Shown: in pieces, positions 39,348-48,970 of the stretch | How the letters are laid out: each line of letters opens with the position of its first letter | How positions within the stretch are numbered: position 1 is the first letter of the stretch | DNA from: Candidatus Thorarchaeota archaeon | Lineage (GTDB): Archaea > Asgardarchaeota > Thorarchaeia > Thorarchaeales > Thorarchaeaceae | Assembly: GCA_011364985.1 (NCBI GenBank) | Contig: RDOC01000001.1 | Coordinates: 358,532-422,531 of the forward strand | Length of the DNA: 64,000 nt | Reading direction: 5' to 3' | Notes under the pieces: model-generated | Seen by the model: only the letters and a program-made list of their open reading frames with translations | Told to the model about the DNA's origin: nothing | The model's database searches: none | Translations under genes and position numbers: made by a program

Positions 39348-39914
39348 ATGCAAGATCCAATCGCTGCCTTCATGTTGTGGTTCTCAACCACATTTCAGAT
39401 TTTCCAGGATCCTCCGCTGTCTGCAATCTTCATCCTGTTAGTTTCGATGTCAATCACAACCGTAAGCAATCTCGCCACAAAACACCTCACAGATGTGCGA
39501 CGGCTAAACCGATATCAGGCCGAGGTGAAACAGTACCAAGAAATGCAGAAGGAAGCAGAAAAAACCCAGAATGAGAAATTACTAAGAAAGGTTCGTAGGA
39601 GAAAGGCATACATTGAGAGAATTCAGGGAGAAATGCTCAAACAACGATGTAAACCGTCTCTGATTTTCCTTGTTCCGTTTCTCATTGTTTTTCAGGTACT
39701 AAGAGGATTCTACATTGACCCAATGACAGGCCTAGACAGCGTTGTAGCCGTGGTTCCATTTAATGTTCATAAGCTCCTACCATTTCTGGTCGGCTGGTTA
39801 GGAACATCCACACCATATGGATTTGGTTTCTACTACTTTGGATTCTACATGTTTGTCGGATTGGGAATGGGGCAAATCCTACAGAGAATTATGGGTATAT
39901 CCTTAACAGGCTAG
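39348..39914 (+). CDS. EMC3/TMCO1/Get1 (DUF106, Oxa1-superfamily) insertase-like protein
   Basis: TM1 - cytosolic coiled coil - TM2/TM3 topology; canonical position after adk. Confidence 0.85.
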   Translation: MQDPIAAFMLWFSTTFQIFQDPPLSAIFILLVSMSITTVSNLATKHLTDVRRLNRYQAEVKQYQEMQKEAEKTQNEKLLRKVRRRKAYIERIQGEMLKQRCKPSLIFLVPFLIVFQVLRGFYIDPMTGLDSVVAVVPFNVHKLLPFLVGWLGTSTPYGFGFYYFGFYMFVGLGMGQILQRIMGISLTG

Positions 39915-40351
39915 ACAGCGGATGCTTTGTAGGAAAAACGGAAAGAACCCGAAGCTCCCGTTATCTTCGCGCGCTTCCTTCTTGAAATGTTGGAAGTATG
40001 AAAGGCTCTGATGGTGAATGTACCCTCTTGAATATCCAGCCCATTGGAATGGATTGCGCAATTCATCATAGTTCACAACAGAAAACTCTAGGCCGCCGTG
40101 ATATTCGTGAGAAGAGTTTCTGCCGTCGTTGTTGTACTCACTGATGTGATTGTGATAGGTATGGGCAAAACAAGATTGTAGGAACATGGCTTATTCTTGG
40201 AAGCATCATATTGGCAGTTGTGATTGAATTCTTTTTAGATTCCCGACGGTCTTGAATTGGCTAACACAGACAACCTCTCCACACCGTGTCCCTTAAAAGC
40301 ATGGACAGACGGCTTCTTATAAAGCCCTAGGCGAAAGATTAGGTGACAAAC

Positions 40352-40618
40352 ATGCCACGACCGGGTTTGCTTACACGTGGACGTGTCAATCGCAAAGTAA
40401 AGACACCAGGAGCAAGACTAGTTACACATCGTCGAAAGCTGTATAGGAGCCAAGGCACTTGTGTGCTTTCGGGCAAAATGATGCATCTTCCAAAGGCCAC
40501 AAAGAAACCAAAAGGAAGTCGCTCGAGCAAGAGACCAAATAGACCATACGGTGGCTATGCAACAGCCATGTCTGTACGTCGCGGCATTATTAGAAATGCT
40601 CGGGAACAACCAAAATGA
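40352..40618 (+). CDS. rpl34e: 50S ribosomal protein L34e
   Basis: VKTPG and KRPNRPYGG motifs; position before cmk. Confidence 0.9.
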   Translation: MPRPGLLTRGRVNRKVKTPGARLVTHRRKLYRSQGTCVLSGKMMHLPKATKKPKGSRSSKRPNRPYGGYATAMSVRRGIIRNAREQPK

Positions 40619-41157
40619 AGCGCGTAATTGCCATTGGAGGCCTTCATGGAACAGGGAAAAGCTCTGTTGCCCAGAGACTATCAGAGGAGTTCAATCTCCG
40701 AAGAACATCTGCCGGGATTATTTTCCGTCGTCTAGCTTGTGAACGAGGAATGACTCTGGAGGAATTTAGCAGGGTTGCTGAGGGTGACGAAGAAATCGAT
40801 AGGCTTGTTGACGATACGCTAAGAGAAGAAGCAAGGAAAGGAAACGCAATCCTAGACGGCCAGCTTGCAGCATGGATGGCTGGTGACAACGCAGACTTGA
40901 AAGTGCTACTTACAGCCCCGCTTGAGATGCGTATTAGCCGCATTGCGGAACGAGACAGCACTACTTACGAGTATGCAAGAAGAGAAACAATAACCCGAGA
41001 AGGAAGCGAGAAAGCGAGATATCTTGAGTACTATGGTGTCGATCTCTCGAACAAATCAATCTACGATATCATTCTAAACACTGAGAAATACGACCTTGAA
41101 GGCGTTATCCAGATTCTGGCCTTGGCCATAAGACTTCACTTTGATCAAGCCAAATAG
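40615..41157 (+). CDS. cmk: Cytidylate kinase
   Basis: GLHGTGKS, SAG-x-IFR, RIAERD, YYGVD. Confidence 0.93.
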   Translation: MKRVIAIGGLHGTGKSSVAQRLSEEFNLRRTSAGIIFRRLACERGMTLEEFSRVAEGDEEIDRLVDDTLREEARKGNAILDGQLAAWMAGDNADLKVLLTAPLEMRISRIAERDSTTYEYARRETITREGSEKARYLEYYGVDLSNKSIYDIILNTEKYDLEGVIQILALAIRLHFDQAK

Positions 41158-41280
41158 ATAGGAAGCGCAAGGCTGATATTGCTTTCACCCCTCCAACTCA
41201 CATTCTCCCATCTAATGGAATGAAGCCATGAGGTGACTTGTGGTGTCAGCTGGACCAAGGATTGGCGAGGTCGATCTATT

Positions 41281-41562
41281 ATGACTCTATACGACATAGG
41301 ACGAGTATGTGTTAAAACAATGGGCCGTGAAACCGGCTGTTACTGTGTTATTGTTGATGTGATGGAGGGCCGTTTTGTTGTTGTTACTGGCCCAAAGCAC
41401 ATCAGCAGCGTACGTAGGCGTAAGTGTAATATCCGCCATCTTGAACCTCTTGAAACAAAGATTGAAGTGGGGAAAGGGGCTGACGACAAGGCCGTCGAAA
41501 AGGCGCTGACTGATGCAGGATTGCTGGACAAGTTCAAGGCAAAGATTCGCGTAACACAGTAA
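41281..41562 (+). CDS. rpl14e: 50S ribosomal protein L14e
   Basis: IGRVCVK-x-x-GRE-x-G, VRRRKCNIRHLEP. Confidence 0.94.
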   Translation: MTLYDIGRVCVKTMGRETGCYCVIVDVMEGRFVVVTGPKHISSVRRRKCNIRHLEPLETKIEVGKGADDKAVEKALTDAGLLDKFKAKIRVTQ

Positions 41563-41598
41563 TCAAGCGGACGGTATTCTCCTAGGTGAGAGGCGATA

Positions 41599-42609
41599 AT
41601 GAGTAAACGTCTGCCTGCAGACTCTCCGCGAGAGGTTATCGTAAAAGCAATTGATGAGAGTAACCCAAGCTATGGCTACTCTCCGAAGGAGCCGTTACCT
41701 ATCGAAGTCCTTCTTAACAATGCAGTTGTATCACTTGATAAGCCGGCTGGACCAACAAGTCATGAAGTGGCAACTTGGGTGAGGAAGATGCTGGATTCTA
41801 AGCGGGTAGGCCATGGAGGGACCCTAGACCCAGGCGTAACCGGCATTCTCCCAGTAGGAATTGGTAATGCTACGAAGGCAATGCAGGCTCTGCTTCCTGC
41901 CGGGAAGGAGTACATATGCGTCATGGAGCTTCATCACAATGCTGAAGAAACAGAGGTGCGCGGCATTATTGAGGAGTTTGTTGGAAAGATATACCAGAAG
42001 CCACCCCTTCGATCCTCTGTGAAAAGAGTTCTAAGAGTGAGAGAGATCTATTACAACGAGATTCTCGAAATAAAGGGACGAGTTGTCCTCTTTCGTGTGG
42101 GGTGTCAGGCAGGAACCTACATCAGAAAGCTGTGTTTTGACATAGGAGAAGCACTGGGAACAGGAGCACATATGCGCGAATTGAGACGAACGCGCGTAGG
42201 TCCCTTTCGAGAAGATGAACATCTCTGTTCGCTCTATGATTTGAAAGATGCACTTCATTTCTGGAAAGAAGACGATGATGATTCTGAACTGAGAAGATAC
42301 CTGCAGCCCGTTGAGTTCGCACTGAGTCATCTGCCCTTTATCGCTGTTCGCGATTCTGCAGTCGAAGCGCTTTGCCATGGAGCCGACCTAGCAGCGAATG
42401 GGATCGTGACTCTCTCGTCTGGAATAGGAAAGGGAGATATGATTGTTTTAGTCACTCAGAAGGAAGAAGCAATTGGACTTGCAAAGAGCAAGATGACGTC
42501 TGATGCCATTTTGAAGGCAAGGAGCGGAATAGTTGCAACTACCGAACGTGTATTGATGGAACGGGGACGATATCCAGCAATGTGGAAAAGACGAACAGGC
42601 GCTGAATAA
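41599..42609 (+). CDS. cbf5: H/ACA RNA-guided pseudouridine synthase Cbf5
   Basis: DKPAGPTSHEV, GHGGTLDP, GTYIRKL; PUA domain. Confidence 0.96.
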   Translation: MSKRLPADSPREVIVKAIDESNPSYGYSPKEPLPIEVLLNNAVVSLDKPAGPTSHEVATWVRKMLDSKRVGHGGTLDPGVTGILPVGIGNATKAMQALLPAGKEYICVMELHHNAEETEVRGIIEEFVGKIYQKPPLRSSVKRVLRVREIYYNEILEIKGRVVLFRVGCQAGTYIRKLCFDIGEALGTGAHMRELRRTRVGPFREDEHLCSLYDLKDALHFWKEDDDDSELRRYLQPVEFALSHLPFIAVRDSAVEALCHGADLAANGIVTLSSGIGKGDMIVLVTQKEEAIGLAKSKMTSDAILKARSGIVATTERVLMERGRYPAMWKRRTGAE

Positions 42610-42646
42610 TTGCATTATGCTTTTATGACCTCGGGATAAAATATCT

Positions 42647-42997
42647 ATGGCTCTGGAGCGGAAGCGCGACTGACGGTACTTGCCTAAGGACAAGGGCTGA
42701 GGAAGCTCCCAACTACTAGCCGATACTGGTCCTGTGAAAGCAGGGAGGCGAGAGCCTCGCTCTGGGAACAGAAACGATACCTCCAAGGCAGATATGACAA
42801 TGATGCGATCTTCAGAATCGCGGAGGACTGTATTGGATGGGATGAAACGGCCTATCACCAGGTAGCAATCTCAAGAATACACCGTTTACGAATCGGCCGG
42901 AGGTGTAGGGTAGAGAGCATAGACTGATGTCGCAAGGTTCAGATTGGTAACGATCTGAATAGAACAAAATTGGGGCTATTCATCGCACCAGAGCCAT
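42647..42997 (+). ncRNA. rnpB: RNase P RNA
   Basis: P1 pairing ATGGCTCTGG/CCAGAGCCAT; CR-I GAGGAAGCTCCCAA (42699) pairs with ACAAAATTGGGGCTATT (P4); internal ACAGAAAC, GATGAAACGG, AGCAA and TAGACTGAT. Confidence 0.93.
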
Positions 42998-43008
42998 TTC
43001 TTCTCCAT

Positions 43009-43500
43009 TTAGTTCGGGCTGTGCAAGTGGATATCACCAGCCCTTTTTGCAATCCACAGACCGATTACCAGTTGAATTGGAATTGGCCCCAAGTATGCAA
43101 ATACTCCTGTTGAGATCATGGTAGGAATTAGAAGGGCTAGCGAAAGAAATGGAATCGAGAGCGTTAGCAGACCAGTCCATAGTAGTTCATCCCAGCTGAT
43201 TCGGTCTTCGCAGTAGCGAATGACATTCAAAGCAAAGAAGATGTTGACAAAGCCGCCGGCTAAGCCATAAATCATCCAAGGCAAATCGAGGAGGATAACC
43301 TTTTCCGAAAAGGATGGAATGAATGCCCATAGATATGATAGAACCACAATGTCGGCAGATTGTGTAGTACTGATCCCTATGAAGTATAGATTCGGAAATA
43401 TTCCAAAAGGGAAAACAACCGTCACGATGAACATAAACCATTTGATCCATCCGATTATCTGACTATCCAGTCTTCCATTACTCAGCCGCATTTCACTCAC
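43009..43500 (-). CDS. Hypothetical membrane protein
   Basis: 4-5 TM segments; GPIPIQL motif. Confidence 0.75.
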   Translation of the reverse strand: MSEMRLSNGRLDSQIIGWIKWFMFIVTVVFPFGIFPNLYFIGISTTQSADIVVLSYLWAFIPSFSEKVILLDLPWMIYGLAGGFVNIFFALNVIRYCEDRISWDELLWTGLLTLSIPFLSLALLIPTMISTGVFAYLGPIPIQLVIGLWIAKRAGDIHLHSPN

Positions 43501-43570
43501 AGATAGTATGCCTTCTGAGCGTGATATTAAGTTTCATCATCTTTCCAAGAATGTACTAAATTGCCCCTCT

Positions 43571-44110
43571 TCAACCTCTCGAATGAGAAGTCATTATCTC
43601 CTTTTGGACCCGAACTACCTCAGCGCTTGATTCACAAGAGGCGTATGAATCTAGCCACTCCCTATTCAGTGTGATGAATGAAGGTCCCCATTTGAAAACA
43701 GACATAAGGTCGTTTGCTACTTCTGATTCACCTACAATGTATAGAGCGGCTGCAACTGCCTCGGCAGTTGATAGCTTGATTGGTCTGTACGTATTGGTCG
43801 GATTGGCTGCGAGCAAGTAAGGCAATGATCTTTGAAATGCCCCTTTAGTCTGACGAAAAACAGCTTCAGCTTGTTTCCATGAGCAATCGAGAGCTACAAG
43901 CCCTGATTGAAATAGAGTTTCTCTGTCGCTAGGAGAAAAGGCAGTCTCGGAAGCCGGATTGAGAATAACTGCATTTTCTGGGATTCGATGCACATTTCTG
44001 ATAATGGAAGCTCTCTTCATGCGCACCAGTCGAAGACCGGTGCACTTCTTTGGGTCGCATTGTGCCGAGTGAAATACAAGAATTCTCGGAGAGATGTTTG
44101 AAGAGGCCAT
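43571..44110 (-). CDS. tsr3: 16S rRNA aminocarboxypropyltransferase Tsr3
   Basis: QCDPKKCTG, LDCSW, LPYLLAANP, LSTAEA, FKWG. Confidence 0.95.
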   Translation of the reverse strand: MASSNISPRILVFHSAQCDPKKCTGLRLVRMKRASIIRNVHRIPENAVILNPASETAFSPSDRETLFQSGLVALDCSWKQAEAVFRQTKGAFQRSLPYLLAANPTNTYRPIKLSTAEAVAAALYIVGESEVANDLMSVFKWGPSFITLNREWLDSYASCESSAEVVRVQKEIMTSHSRG

Positions 44111-44177
44111 AACAAAGATGGTTTGTTGCACAACAGATTTCAGGCTTCCCATTGAACCAGTAACCAGATGAACGAGA

Positions 44178-44441
44178 ATGATTCGATTCACACCAGGCGG
44201 AAAATGCGAGATTTGTGGTGAGAAGACTGAGAATCTTGAGTGTTGTAGTATGTGTGGATCAATGATATGTAACAACTGCACAGCGGAGGAGATTTGCCTT
44301 GCATGTCTTGAGACTCGCTGTTCAATCTGCGGTGAGTATCTATCAGCCCGCGCCTGCAGTCTATGTGGCAGGCTTGTTTGTGAAACTCATGGAGAAAAGG
44401 AAGGAGAAGCCACAATCTGCGACGCTTGCAAGGTGAGTTAG
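44178..44441 (+). CDS. Small Cys-rich tandem zinc-finger protein
   Basis: About eight CxxC/CxxH pairs in 87 aa; directly upstream of tiaS. Confidence 0.75.
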   Translation: MIRFTPGGKCEICGEKTENLECCSMCGSMICNNCTAEEICLACLETRCSICGEYLSARACSLCGRLVCETHGEKEGEATICDACKVS

Positions 44442-44443
44442 AA

Positions 44444-45805
44444 ATGAGGAAACAAATCCATCTGGGAATAGATGACATTGATAGCCCAGGAGGAGGATGC
44501 ACAACGCACTTTGCAGCCCTCTTAGTTGAGCGTTTGTCTACGCTAGGATCTGTTTGGACAGATTATCCCAACTTGATTCGCCTAAATCCAAACATACCTT
44601 TTAGAACACGCGGAAATGGTGCCATTGCACTAAGATTCATCTTGAAGGAACAGAATCTGATCCAGATCAAACCTCTTCTGGAGAGCATGATTGAAGATTA
44701 CGTGGACTTGACCTATCCAAACACAAATCCTGGAGCGATGTTGATTGAAGGAAAACCATCTGCTAGAATACTAGATTTCGCCAACCGTGCCCTTTGGAGG
44801 ACAATTCCAATAGAAATCGGTAAGAGACTAATTCACGAGGAGCAATGTGAGCATATCTCATATGGAAATGGAAGAGGCCTTGTGGGAGCTCTAGCTGCTG
44901 TCGGAAATCTTCTGAACGGGGACTACACTTTTGAGTACATTGCTTACCGGAAGATTCAGAATTCAGGAAAAATGCGAGGAGTCTCCAATGATTCAGTCTT
45001 GATGATGGACAAGGCCATGGGGGATAAAACATTCTCCAATATTGACGGGAAGACAGGCCTGGGATTGATAGCTCCTCATGGGCCAGACCCAGTGCTGTTC
45101 GGTATTCGTGGAGAGCAACCACAAGATGTCATAAAAGCCGCATCTTACATCAAGAGCAAGCAGGACATTGACCGATGGATGGTTTTCCGAACGAATCAAG
45201 GAACAGGAGCGCATTTAACAAACTGTGTTTACATCGCAGATTTGCGTCCCTATATGGCAGCTGTTGTTCACGGAGTAGTTGATTCAGCCCCAAGAATAAT
45301 TGAAGGAGGTCATGTCATATTTGGAGTGGAGGATTGCTCAGGACGTATCGACTGTGCTGCATATGAGCCGACAGGCAACTTCAGAGAAATCATTTTGAAT
45401 CTCATCAAAGGAGACCAAGTCCTGATTCATGTAGGAGTCCGTCCAGCAGCTAAGACTCATGGTCTTACCCTCAATGTAGAGGGAATTGAGATCCTGAAAG
45501 CTGCTGAAAAACTGAAGCTAACCAACCCAATATGTCCAAGATGTGCAAAGAGAATGAAGAGTGCTGGAAGTGGGAAGGGATACAAATGCTTCAACTGTGG
45601 ATTCAAGGACCCAAAGGGCAAGAAAATCACAATACTTTCAAGAAGAAACATAGAGAAAAGGCTGTACTTACCACCACCGAGAGCTCAAAGGCACCTTACT
45701 AGACCTATGTCACGATTGAACCAGAGCAATGAGGGAGAACAGACTTCTCTTATTTATCAATGGCACAGTCACATGACAGGAAATGACCAGACCGAGTCAA
45801 ATTAG
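44444..45805 (+). CDS. tiaS: tRNA(Ile2) 2-agmatinylcytidine synthetase
   Basis: GIDDIDS-x-x-GGCTT, RLNPNIP-x-x-TRGN, GPDPVL-x-GIRG, TNQGT, RHLT. Confidence 0.95.
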   Translation: MRKQIHLGIDDIDSPGGGCTTHFAALLVERLSTLGSVWTDYPNLIRLNPNIPFRTRGNGAIALRFILKEQNLIQIKPLLESMIEDYVDLTYPNTNPGAMLIEGKPSARILDFANRALWRTIPIEIGKRLIHEEQCEHISYGNGRGLVGALAAVGNLLNGDYTFEYIAYRKIQNSGKMRGVSNDSVLMMDKAMGDKTFSNIDGKTGLGLIAPHGPDPVLFGIRGEQPQDVIKAASYIKSKQDIDRWMVFRTNQGTGAHLTNCVYIADLRPYMAAVVHGVVDSAPRIIEGGHVIFGVEDCSGRIDCAAYEPTGNFREIILNLIKGDQVLIHVGVRPAAKTHGLTLNVEGIEILKAAEKLKLTNPICPRCAKRMKSAGSGKGYKCFNCGFKDPKGKKITILSRRNIEKRLYLPPPRAQRHLTRPMSRLNQSNEGEQTSLIYQWHSHMTGNDQTESN

Positions 45806-46200
45806 ACTCGTCTGCCTCTACGACCACCCTTCTTTCTAGTACCATCATGTGGAATCGGCGTGACCTCATCGATAATCCCGATTCTTAGTCCAGCTCTACT
45901 TAGAGCACGAATAGCGGCCTGAGCTCCAGGTCCAGGGGTCTTTGGGCCGCTGCCGCCGGGAGCCCTTACGCGGATATGAATTCCATAGATTCCCTTATCC
46001 TTTGCTTCTCTCGCCGCCTGAAATGCGGCTTGCATAGCAGCATGAGGTGAAGACTCATTTCGGTCGGCTTTGACCATCATTCCACCGCTGTGTCTTGCAA
46101 TTGTCTCAGCACCGGTAATGTCAGTAATGTGAATGATGGTGTCATTGTAGGATGCATAGATATGAGCAATCCCCCACTTGTCGCGTTCGTCTGTACTCAA
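45802..46200 (-). CDS. rps11: 30S ribosomal protein S11 (uS11)
   Basis: [28 protein letters not shown]. Confidence 0.97.
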   Translation of the reverse strand: MSTDERDKWGIAHIYASYNDTIIHITDITGAETIARHSGGMMVKADRNESSPHAAMQAAFQAAREAKDKGIYGIHIRVRAPGGSGPKTPGPGAQAAIRALSRAGLRIGIIDEVTPIPHDGTRKKGGRRGRRV

Positions 46201-46796
46201 CTTGCTTCACCTTCCTCGTCAAAGATGTCCTCATCCATATCAGCAGCTGCCGGAGCTGCCTTGGCCCGTTGTGCAGCAGTGGAAGCTGCGATTCGGGTGG
46301 GATGAGATTCATCGTTCAAGGGAGATCTTGCGGCATATCTTATTTGTTCTTCTTCTGCGACAGTGATTAGCCTTGAGGGGGTGGTCACCCTTGATGAATT
46401 CAGGGCAATGTGCCCATGAGTCACAAGCTGGCGAGCATGATGTGGAGAACAAGCCAATCCCTTTCTGAGAACAATAGTTTGAAGGCGGCGTTCGAGAACA
46501 TCTTCCAAGGATAAATCAAGTACATCATCCAAGTCAGGAGACCCACTCAAGAATCCTAGTCGAGTTAGTTTCCGAATGAGTTCGTGCTCAAGTTGTGCCC
46601 TGTCATCCACGGAAAGCGCAAGGAGACTCCTAGCCTGCCTTCGGTAATTGGAGAGCTCTGTTCTGTGCCTCCAAAGCTCCTTCTTGTTTCTCAAACCATA
46701 GGTTCCTACGAGCTGCAGCTCGGATTCGAACCTGTCGCTCTCGAAAGGACGTTTTGGCTTTACATACTTCTTTTTGGACTTTCGAGGATCACCCAT
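46197..46796 (-). CDS. rps4: 30S ribosomal protein S4 (uS4)
   Basis: [31 protein letters not shown]. Confidence 0.97.
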   Translation of the reverse strand: MGDPRKSKKKYVKPKRPFESDRFESELQLVGTYGLRNKKELWRHRTELSNYRRQARSLLALSVDDRAQLEHELIRKLTRLGFLSGSPDLDDVLDLSLEDVLERRLQTIVLRKGLACSPHHARQLVTHGHIALNSSRVTTPSRLITVAEEEQIRYAARSPLNDESHPTRIAASTAAQRAKAAPAAADMDEDIFDEEGEAS

Positions 46797-46806
46797 TCCA
46801 CATTCC

Positions 46807-47259
46807 TCAACTAGCTTTCTTTCTGGATACTCCTACAGCTGCTCCTCCGCGTCCAGTCGTCCTTGTATGCTGTCCTCGTACCTTGAGCCCTAAGCTGTGT
46901 CGAATACCTCTCCATGACCTTATTCGTCTTAGCCTCTCAATATCACTTCGTTGTGCAAAATCCAGATCTGATCCAGTCAAATGAAGCATTCTTCCAGAAC
47001 TACGGTCTCTGGGACGATTCACATACCAGTCCGGCAACCCTGCGTTTTGAGGCTGTCTAAGAAGTTCCTCAATTCGGTCAATCTGGACATCTCCCAAGTA
47101 ACCGAGTCGGCTATAGGGATTTAGCTTTAGCTTCCCCAAAATTGCTTTGGAAAGCCTCATGCCGACTCCTTTGACTTTTGTGAGCCCGTGGAGGAGATTC
47201 TCCTGACCATCGATGTCACGGCCAGCAATCCGCACAATATGTCGATATTCTTCAGACAT
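46807..47259 (-). CDS. rps13: 30S ribosomal protein S13 (uS13)
   Basis: RGIRH-x-x-GLKVRGQHTRTTGR. Confidence 0.97.
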   Translation of the reverse strand: MSEEYRHIVRIAGRDIDGQENLLHGLTKVKGVGMRLSKAILGKLKLNPYSRLGYLGDVQIDRIEELLRQPQNAGLPDWYVNRPRDRSSGRMLHLTGSDLDFAQRSDIERLRRIRSWRGIRHSLGLKVRGQHTRTTGRGGAAVGVSRKKAS

Positions 47260-47654
47260 GGTATACTACCTCATTCTGACTGGCTGAGGCTTTGCTCGAC
47301 TCCTGGAGAGTCCTTATAACCATTACCATGCAGCTCCAGTTATTTCAAAGAAGTCCCCAGATAGGTTTTCTAGACATGGGTATGGATTGACAGGTTTCAA
47401 AGATGTCAGCCATTTGGAAAACGACGTGAAATCACTGACGGAGCCAAAGCCATCATTGCTGTTCGCTTTGCCTAGCCTTCTACGGGAGATGCTCACAGAG
47501 ATATCTTCAGAAAGAAATCTGAAAACAGTCCCAATGAAGAGACCCGTAATCTCGTCCTTTAATCAGTTTTTAGAGCAGCAATCGCATGCAGCAGTGTTAG
47601 ATTCTACGTGAGTAGAGAAAAGATGAAAAGGGGCACGGAATACGTAATCAGTGT

Positions 47655-47802
47655 GCCCGGATAGCCAAGCGGCTACGGCGGCAGCCTGGAGCTAGCAACA
47701 CATATGTATTGCGCTAACAGGCAGCTGCTCTCCCTTTGGGAGGCATGAAGGTTGATCAATGAGTTCAATCTTGCTAGAGTTCGAATCTCATTCCGGGCGC
47801 CA
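47655..47802 (+). tRNA. tRNA-Ser(GGA) with two introns (47692-47722 at 37/38; 47748-47777 at 51/52), CCA encoded
   Basis: Acceptor GCCCGGA/TCCGGGC plus G73-CCA; anticodon stem GCAGC/GCTGC; variable arm CTCCC-TTT-GGGAG; T-stem ATGAG/CTCAT is restored only after removing the second intron. Confidence 0.9.
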
Positions 47803-47849
47803 TTCTTGTCTGTTTCAGCATGACATTATCTTCTGGAAGATCTCACTAA

Positions 47850-48893
47850 TTAGCGGCCAGAGCCTTTGCTGAACTGCGAGATTTCGCCAACAATATTACC
47901 CTCCATCATAGCTCGAACTCGTTCTGAATCATGCGAATGGCCTAATACCCATGCGAGTTTGACGAGTGCCGCTTCCGAAGTCATGTCATATGCGCTAATG
48001 GCTCCAACCTCAGCTGCAGCAAGACCAACATCATACGTTGTCAAGTCAGCTTGGCCAAAGGCACACTGAGAACTGATAACAACAAAGCAGCCCTGATTAA
48101 TGGCCTTCTGAATTACGCCTGTCATGGAGTTTTCTTCAATAGGTATATTCCCTGAACCAAACCCTTCTATGACAACTCCTTGATACCCCATATCAACGAT
48201 CTTCTGAAGTATCTGGGATGGTATCCCTGGAAAGACTTTCAACAAGAATACCCTATCATCAAGGCGGGTGTCGAATCGTGGAACCAAGTTGTGACGTTTC
48301 TTTCTGGTTTCATAGAGAACAATTTCACCTGCCAGAACCCCAAGTGGGATTGGGTCCACCGAATCGAATGCATCATAGGAGTTGACTCGAAGCTTCTTTG
48401 CCCTTGTGGCTCTATGAATCTCTCCATTGAAGACAATGCAAGTCTCACCAATGTCGCCAAATGCTGCTAGTCTTAGGGCATCCAGCAGATTTCTAGGCCC
48501 ATCACTCCAAGGCACAGTAGCCGGAATCTGAGCTCCTGTAAAGACGATAGGCTTCCCGAAAGATTGGACCATAAAACTGACTGCTGCCGCAGAATAGACC
48601 ATTGTGTCGGTGCCATGTGTTATGACAATCCCCTGAATCTCCGGGATCTCATCATTAACATCCTTAATTGCACTAGCAATGTCCTGCCAGTGATGAGGCT
48701 GGGCATTTGCGGAGTCCATTTGGAATAGCTCTCTTCGGACCACTTCAATCTGGCCCATTTGCTTTGGTAATCCCTCAAGAACAGCATCAACAGAGAGACC
48801 GGGGCGCAGAGCATGAGTAGTAGCGTCATAGACGCTTGAGATTGTCCCACCGGTAGTGATTAGGCATACCTTGGCACGTTCTGATGTGGACAT
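47850..48893 (-). CDS. ansA: L-asparaginase type I
   Basis: TTGGTI, HGTDT, FTGAQ, GFGSGN and DMTSEAA motifs; lacks the GatD N-terminal domain. Confidence 0.9.
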   Translation of the reverse strand: MSTSERAKVCLITTGGTISSVYDATTHALRPGLSVDAVLEGLPKQMGQIEVVRRELFQMDSANAQPHHWQDIASAIKDVNDEIPEIQGIVITHGTDTMVYSAAAVSFMVQSFGKPIVFTGAQIPATVPWSDGPRNLLDALRLAAFGDIGETCIVFNGEIHRATRAKKLRVNSYDAFDSVDPIPLGVLAGEIVLYETRKKRHNLVPRFDTRLDDRVFLLKVFPGIPSQILQKIVDMGYQGVVIEGFGSGNIPIEENSMTGVIQKAINQGCFVVISSQCAFGQADLTTYDVGLAAAEVGAISAYDMTSEAALVKLAWVLGHSHDSERVRAMMEGNIVGEISQFSKGSGR

Positions 48894-48970
48894 ATTAAAG
48901 CCTCAAACTGGAAGAACAAACAGGATTTATTGCTATTGTGTTAGCTATTGGTAAAGAAGGCGCTTTTCGA

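Noticed and set aside
41599-42609. BHB intron in cbf5, as found in some Crenarchaea
   Set aside because: The reading frame and motifs are continuous
42448-42858. 136-aa minus-strand ORF
   Set aside because: Antisense to cbf5 and the RNase P RNA
47387-47611. 74-aa ORF between rps13 and tRNA-Ser
   Set aside because: TTG start, no motif, and located in a divergent promoter region
47655-47802. tRNA-Sec or tRNA-Tyr interpretation
   Set aside because: A 7-bp acceptor stem, GGA anticodon, G73 and long variable arm indicate Ser
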